This document shows positions 53,401 to 60,000 of a stretch of 60,000 nt of DNA, in pieces. The notes under the pieces were generated by a model. It was not told the DNA's origin. It was given only the letters and a program-made list of their open reading frames with translations, and did not search any database. The translations under genes were made by a program, and so were the position numbers. This stretch comes from Felis catus (lineage: Eukaryota), in the NCBI RefSeq assembly GCF_018350175.1, contig NC_058383.1, positions 7,194,001-7,254,000 on the forward strand, written 5' to 3'. Each line of letters starts with the position of its first letter. Positions within the stretch are counted from its first letter, which is position 1.

Positions 53401-54249
53401 GTTAGAACTTGGTCTGGAATGGGGCGAAGGAGCGGAGAGTGTGCAAACTCAGATCCCGGGAATAATCCTACGGGCGTTCAATAAATCGAGTCTCTTACGG
53501 GGAATGGTACAGCTGTGTCTGGCTCCCATTTTCAGTTGTGTTAGGTCCCCGAGTTGATCGGCTTTTGAAGTGGGATTGAACGCAGAAGGATGTTTACGTT
53601 CTGAATGGCATTTGTAGACTCCAGGGGAGGATAAGCAGGATGATGAACCTGAAATCTATGGAATAATGAGAGGAGCTAAAGGTATTTATCCCCAAGAAGA
53701 GAAGTTTGTAGAGAGTGGGCATCAGTGTGGTTTACAAGTGTTTGATCAACAGTTGCCTGGAAAGAGAAGATTCTATTCTTGAAGCTCCATAGGGTACTAG
53801 GCCTCTGTGAGGTGAAGGTCCAAGGGATTAGATTTTCAGCTCTAGCCGAAGACCTCTGATGGCTGATCTGTGCAGCCATGAAACAGACTCCCTGCTGAAT
53901 TTGAGAGTTTCTTGCACGTTAGCTGTCAGAATATTGGGAACTTGAGAAGGTCTTTTCTTTCTTTTCTTTATTTCCTTTCTTTCGTGGGGTTTGAACTCAC
54001 AACCCTGAGATCAAGAGTTGCATGCTTTACTGACTGAGCCAGCCAGGCAGCCATTTCTTATACTGGGTGGAAGGTTGACCTGGAGAAATTTCAGTTGCCT
54101 TTCACCTCTCTAGGGGTGCAACCCAAGTACCAGTTGTAGTCTTAATTGTATTGATTAGTATATGTTCTCTCTCTCTCTTTTTTTTTTTTCCTTTGAGTAG
54201 AAATGAAGTTTATGAATATTTAAAAATTTTTTTTTCCTTCATCACACAG

Positions 54250-54365
54250 CAGCATTGGCATCAACTAAAGTTAGAATTCCCAGGAACTTGAACAGAGGCT
54301 TCCAAATTCCCGGTAATTGCCACTCTAGCAACTAACTCCAAAGAAGGAAGGAAAGATTCCAGCAG
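54250..54365 (+). other. ZNF3: ZNF3 non-coding 5'UTR exon 2 (NAGNAG acceptor, start 54250 or 54253)
   Basis: Long T tract followed by cacag/cag/cattggc; donor CAG/gtaaag at 54366. Resembles the recalled human ZNF3 5'UTR. Confidence 0.7.
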
Positions 54366-55478
54366 GTAAAGCTTTTCATGACTCGTTCTCACTGCCAGGT
54401 CAGCTTTCTCGGTCCGCAGGAGCAGCTTCAGGGAGAGGTGTTGGCAGCAGAGCAAGGAAGGGCCCTGCCTGGACCTGACGCCGTGGGGGCACAATGGAGA
54501 TTTTTCTTCCCATGAGAAACACTGTGTACTGATCCAGACACTGGGGACTTGTTCTCAACAATATGCCTTTGAGTTCCAGCTTTGGTTAACCCAGCTGTGA
54601 GGAGGGAGGCTTACTTTTTTTCCTCTGGAGTCAGAGCCTCTGATTTTCCTTTAAAGAGAGTTTGGACTAAGAGCTGATTTGTTGCAGGGGTCTGCTTATA
54701 AACAGTCCTGGAAATTGTAAAGTTGGTTGATAGGAACAAAAGATGGCTGGCTCTGAGACAGAGTTGAAGGGACCCAGCGAGGAGAGCTCTGGTGGCAGTA
54801 GGGTGTGTCACCTTGATTGCCCTTGGGCCTGGCCCGTGCCTCATTCAGTGCCTTTCTCTGTGTAAAGACTTTGGTGGTGGGCATTCTGTACCTCCTTGGT
54901 GCCCAAAGACAAGAGTTCTGTGAGCTCTGAGTGACTCTCTGGGCCCCGCCCCTTTTTATGCCTTCTGTGAATGCAGCGGTCTATAATGAGGAAGCAGATA
55001 CCGCTTACGTTCCTGTGTTTTTACTCCTTTCAGTAGTGCCTTGCAGCGTAGTACACTCAACAGTTGTTTGTTATACGAACAAATATGTAAAGAGGGAGGT
55101 AGATGAAATCCAGGTGTTTTTTTTCTTTTCTATTCTCTTGCCTAAGTGCAAGGAAGCTCTAGTAGCTGCTGTGCCTTTCCTGGGTCTGTTGGTTCTTGTC
55201 ACAGCATTCAAGAGGGCAGTAGAAACTTCCACTTGAGATCCAAACCTCGGTCTAGATACTGATGTTTCATTTTATTCACTCGAGCCACAAAGAACCGATC
55301 TCTTTTGCTGGTCATAGCAACTGAGCAGTGGCACATCAGCAGGGAGTAATAAGTAAGCTTATGTTTCTTAACAAAGTATTGGTCCCTGCATCAGAGATTT
55401 AGATTCTTCTCCAAGGAGATATATTAGGAGAGAAGAGGGGAGATAGAAAGAAGGCTGGCTGCTGCCTTCTTGGTGATG

Positions 55479-56534
55479 GGGACCAGGCCTCCAGATCTGG
55501 TGTATACATACACCTGCTCCCTGTGATGACACTGCACGAGGACCACAGAAGGAGCCCCTGTCCCTCAGTGGCATCCTGCCTTTGGCTGAGACTGGAAGCA
55601 GACAACCATCTTAGGAGAGGAAGGATTTATCTTATTTAATTAATCTGAGCTGTTTGCCCTAGTTCTGGGCATCAGGTGTTATTTCCCCAGGGTTTTTTAA
55701 ATGGGAGCCAGAAAACTCATGAAAAGTTTTTCCAATCTCTGCTATTTAGGTACTGTTTCCGTGGCCCCTTATCCTCAAAATTTGGTACAATAGCCAGAAG
55801 CCTAATAAAGTAAATTTTTTTTTTCCTAGTTCTACTGTCTGTGAGGGTTTTTTTAAAAAAATCTGCAAAGGGGTGCCTGGGTGGCTCAGTCAGTTAAGCA
55901 TCTGATTTCTGCTCAGGTCATGATCTCACGGCTCCTAAGTTCGAGCCCTGCATCAGGCTCCGTGCTAACAGCTCAGAACCTGCTTTGGATTCTGTGTCTC
56001 CCTCTCTCTGCCCCTCCCCTGCTCGTGCGCTCTCTCTCTCTCTCTCTCTCCCCCCCCTCCCTCTCCCTCTCTCCCTCCTTCTCTCCCTCCCCCTCTCCCA
56101 CCCCCTCTCCCTCTCCCTCCCTCTCTTCTCCCCCTCCCCCTCTCTCCTCCTCCCTCCCTCCCTCTCCGTCCTTCTCCCTCCCCCTCCCTCTCCCTCCCTC
56201 TCTCTTGCTCTCTCTCTCCCCCTCTCCCCTCCTCCCTCTCTCTCTTTCTCTCCCTCCCTCTCTTTCTCTCCCTCCCTCTCCCTCTCTCCCTCCCTCTCCC
56301 TCTCTCCCTCCCTCTCCCTCTCCCTCCCTCCCTCTCTTCCTCCCTCCCTCTCTCTCCCCCCTCCCTCCTCCTCCCTCTCCCTCCCTCTCCCTCGCTCTCT
56401 TCCCCTCTCCCCTCCTCCCTCTCTCTCTCTCTCTCTCTCCCTCTCTCCCTCTCTCCCTCCCTCCCTCCCTCCCTCCCTCTCTCTCCCCCTCTCCCCTCCT
56501 CCCTCCCTCCCTCTCTCTTGATAGATAGATAGAT

Positions 56535-56577
<43 letters not shown>

Positions 56578-56905
56578 AAAAGAATCTGTAAATGTTTATC
56601 TTTATGCACTATCCTAAACATCCTTAAAAGTTGATACAATACATACATGTTTTGTAAATATATGTGTGCACACTTTTTCATTTTCTTCTGTTTTTTATTT
56701 CAGTCGTTGCTTAGTGTTTCATTCTGTCAGTGTCATTATTTGACACCAGTATTCCACATCTTTTGTCGTTACAAATATCACTCAGTACATTGTGGGAGCC
56801 AGAGGTGGGATGTTGTCTAGGAATGGGGCCCTTTCTGTGGTGCCCGTGCAGGTTCATCACAGGGAGCAGGTGTATGTATTTACCAGGATCTGGAAGGCTG
56901 GTCCC
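55479..56905. repeat. Inverted repeat, arms 55479-55587 and 56797-56905
   Basis: Arms of ~109 bp with a perfect 26-bp core: atacatacacctgctccctgtgatga (55504-55529) versus its reverse complement at 56854-56879. Confidence 0.9.
55870..56580 (+). mobile_element. CanSINE with greatly expanded CT tract and (GATA)(GAAA)n tail
   Basis: SINE head 55870-56025, about 490 nt of nearly pure C/T, then (GATA)n(GAAA)n. Confidence 0.88.
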
Positions 56906-57121
56906 AATTTCTGTGTTTTTCTCTTGCTAGTCTGGGGACTACCTGAAATACTAGCTCCCAGAAGGTTTTTTTTTTTTTTTTTTGTTCATCTGTTTTGTTT
57001 TTTTTTTAACCATTGCACCTTGAACTTTGCTTCTGCAGTGCTTCCGCATTCTCATTCAAAACCTTCTTCCTGCTAAGTCTGCAGATAGTAGACCAGAGAC
57101 CCAGAGCTTCTGGCCCTACCG

Positions 57122-57176
57122 ATGGAAACTCAGGCTGATTGCGTATCTCAGGAACCTCAGCCCCTGCTTGAGAGTG
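57122..57176 (+). CDS. ZNF3: ZNF3 first coding exon (exon begins 57039)
   Basis: METQADCVSQEPQPLLES-G/gtaagc resembles recalled human ZNF3 METQADLVSQEPQALLDS. Acceptor ttctgcag/ at 57037-38. Confidence 0.92.
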
Positions 57177-58441
57177 GTAAGCAACAGGGATTCATTTATT
57201 CTTGCATTCAGACATTCCCCAGTCACGCTGAATCTCTTATTCACCAGGCTCTGGGCCAGCTACTGGAATCCACATGTGGTGGAGACACAGTCCTTCCCTT
57301 TCGGTAGCTGATAGTCGGTAGCTGATAGTCAGTAGCTAATAGTCTGGAGGGAAAGCTGACTAAAGACGATAATGATGTACAGCTTATCAGGTTTTATAGC
57401 TCAGGCATTTTTGAAGTGCTGTTGGTACCTCATGCGGAATTAAGAAAACCATTATAATCACAGACTTCCAGGTGCTTGGTAGCTGCCAACTTTGTAGTCC
57501 TCGTTTGTGTACTTTAGGAGCTTGCACTTGAGGGGCTCTTGGCTTTGTAGGTCACAGGCAAAAGGATAAAATGAGTAGAAGCCATTAAAGTATTTGTATT
57601 TTGCTTCCATCAGCTGTGCCACTGACTTAGAGCCAATTACAGTCCTAAAGGGTATGCTGATCAGGAAGAAGCACGTAAGGAACTCTGTAGGTTATTGTAC
57701 ACAATCTAGTGTCTCTAGGGGTTTAGAGTCTCTAAGGGGCAAATATGTTAACTTAAGGATTAAAGAAGAGGCACCTGGCTAGCTCGGTCAGTTAAGCATC
57801 CGACTCTTGATCTCAGCTCAGGTCTTGATTTCAGGGTTGTGAGTTCAAGCTCCGTATTGGGCTCTGCACTGAGCGTGAAGCCTACTTATAAAAAAAAAAT
57901 AGAATTACAGAAGAAGATACGTGATCAAGCACAGAAACAGGAAACATGTAGTATTTAGATTTGATCTTGGGGATGAAGAGAAAGAATAATGGGCATTATC
58001 TGTTCAGTCAGGCTACTGGTTTCCTCTGGTCTAAGAGACCTTCATGCATGAGTTTGAGTTGAGAAATGCGGAGAGGGGTGGAAGGGATGTGAGCAGGAAT
58101 GTCTACGTTTCTATCCAAGCTTGGGAGAAAGGACAAGAAGGTGCTGATCACTAATGGGAGGACTGGGCCTGCTTCCCTGAGAAGCAGCGACTGGACAGAA
58201 AGGAAGGGACCTGGGGCAGGTGGAGAGCAGCATCAACAGGGCTTTGGACATCCCTCCTCTGGAGGAGGGACGCACACTGAATGTGCCTGTGTAAGCACCT
58301 TTCACAGCCACTGGGGAATGAAACTTAGATGTGTAAGAGGGAGTGGGCCCTAGATTGTTCCCAGGACCCCATGAGTTTACTGTGGGTTCGGAGGCCAGAG
58401 GGCAGATGACTTCACTCACGGACCCTTTTATTGTCTTTCAG

Positions 58442-58533
58442 CTCTTCCTTCCTCAAAAGTTCCTGCGTATTCTGACAAGGACAGCCTGGGGGATGAGATG
58501 TTGGCAGCTGCACTGCTAAAGGCCAAGTCCCAG
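58442..58533 (+). CDS. ZNF3: ZNF3 coding exon 2 (92 nt pre-KRAB linker)
   Basis: ctttcag/(A)LPSSKVPAYSDKDSLGDEMLAAALLKAKSQ/gtgagc. Phases 1/0. Confidence 0.93.
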
Positions 58534-58713
58534 GTGAGCTGTGGTTTCCTTTATCCTTCTTTTTTTTCCTTCCCATTTTGTGGAAACGTTTGTGCAGTGA
58601 CATCCATTTGGTGCCCTAAACCGTGATTCGCTGTATCAGGGACATGGTCCTTTCCTGCTGAATAACGGAGTTCTCTCTTCCTGCACCATAACCTCCTCCC
58701 CCCCACCTCGTAG

Positions 58714-59052
<339 letters not shown>

Positions 59053-59740
59053 TGATCAGCTAAGGATTGACTTAATCTTAGAAAGTTCTAACAACAATCA
59101 TGATAGTAACTCCTGTTTGTGTAGTAAGTTGGAGTTTGTAAAGAGGTTTTGTATACATTCTCTCTACCTCTCAGTAACACAGTGGTGGAGGCCGCTGGTA
59201 GTCTCCTCATGTTACAGGCGAGGAAAGAGAAGTCAGAGGTCTTCAGTGCTTTACGTGTGCTTTATGTGTAGCTGGCAAGTAGCAGGACTTGAACCTAGTC
59301 TTTCGGCTCTAAATCTGGTGCTTTTCTCCCTGTGATTCTTAATGTATATTTGAGAGCCTTTTCCAAAAGATTAGCCTGTTGGGATTCCTAAACGTGGAGG
59401 CCCTGCTCTGTGCCCAAGGGCACATCTGGAACTCTCCTTCTCTTCTCTGTTGTACTACCTTGGGGGATCTGTTGCTTTGTTCAGGGCCACGTGCAGCAGC
59501 TCTGGTAGAGATCTCTGCTTGTTTCGGGGAGCAGCTGGCTTCTTTAACCTTCAGTCTGTGGACTGAATTCCTTGTCTGTCATTCGCTTCCAGTGAGAACA
59601 TTCTCTGGGCGGTGCCAGGGGGTCTCCCTGACTCCCGCTGGAGACCCCTGTACATTTCCTTTCAGGCTCCTGCAAGCCTTGGGTCTGGAATGGAGCCCTG
59701 GGACTGCTTGACATGACCTTATCCCATGTTTTCCCCCACG

Positions 59741-59858
59741 GCGGGATTTCCATTTCTGGATTTTGACACAATCTTTGGGCTGCATTGAGAGGAAGAGTCG
59801 AGAGTCCTGGGTTTGAAGGGAGCTGAAAACAAGGAGGTCCTGAGAGCGGCCTATTCAG
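59741..59858 (+). pseudogene. Relic KRAB-B exon in ZNF3 intron
   Basis: Reads AGFPFLDFDTIFGLH*EEESRVLGLKGAENKEVLRAAYS. The acceptor position has cggcgg instead of cagcag, and the end is tcag/atgagg instead of tcag/gtgagg. Confidence 0.7.
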
Positions 59859-60000
59859 ATGAGGGAGAAACAGCTGTTTCTGTCGCTGACGTTCATTGTG
59901 CTGTCCTTACTTTTTAAAACATTGACAGAGTAAAAATGCTATCTAAATCCTTCTCATTCATCCTCTGTCCCTGAAACTCCCTTTGAAAACCCCAAAGTAG

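Noticed and set aside
55881..56681. Long ORFs (215, 238 and 178 aa) rich in P/S/L or G/E/R
   Set aside because: They are translations of the low-complexity CT tract, which cannot contain stop codons.
57306..57345. Three 14-bp tandem units (agctgatagtcggt-like)
   Set aside because: Small slippage duplication in an intron with no evident function.

Overview
Mammalian genomic DNA from a carnivore, most likely a felid (dense CanSINEs with felid-type tails). It carries three C2H2 zinc-finger genes, all on the + strand. ZKSCAN1 has all 5 coding exons here (563 aa, SCAN-KRAB-6 fingers), with promoter and exon 1 upstream of the window and a long SINE-free 3'UTR. ZSCAN21 has a CpG-island promoter at ~29.3-30.2 kb and encodes 469 aa (SCAN-7 fingers). 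ZNF3 is represented by its 5' part: a CpG island at ~52.5-53.4 kb, two UTR exons and three coding exons through KRAB-A, with the finger exon beyond the window. Other content: a U6 retrocopy, about 40 CanSINEs, solo LTRs, an L1 3' fragment, a Tigger MITE and simple repeats. The most notable unannotated signals are: (i) dead KRAB-B exons in introns of both ZKSCAN1 and ZNF3, each with AT in place of the donor GT; (ii) a non-SINE inverted repeat in ZNF3 intron 2 whose substitutions favour G-U pairing on the sense strand; (iii) an exon 2-3 circZKSCAN1 ORF that would translate more than one full turn (254 aa); (iv) fossil zinc fingers in the ZKSCAN1 3'UTR; (v) ZNF3 in tandem rather than the convergent orientation recalled for human and mouse. 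All calls were made by eye, with no database searches.
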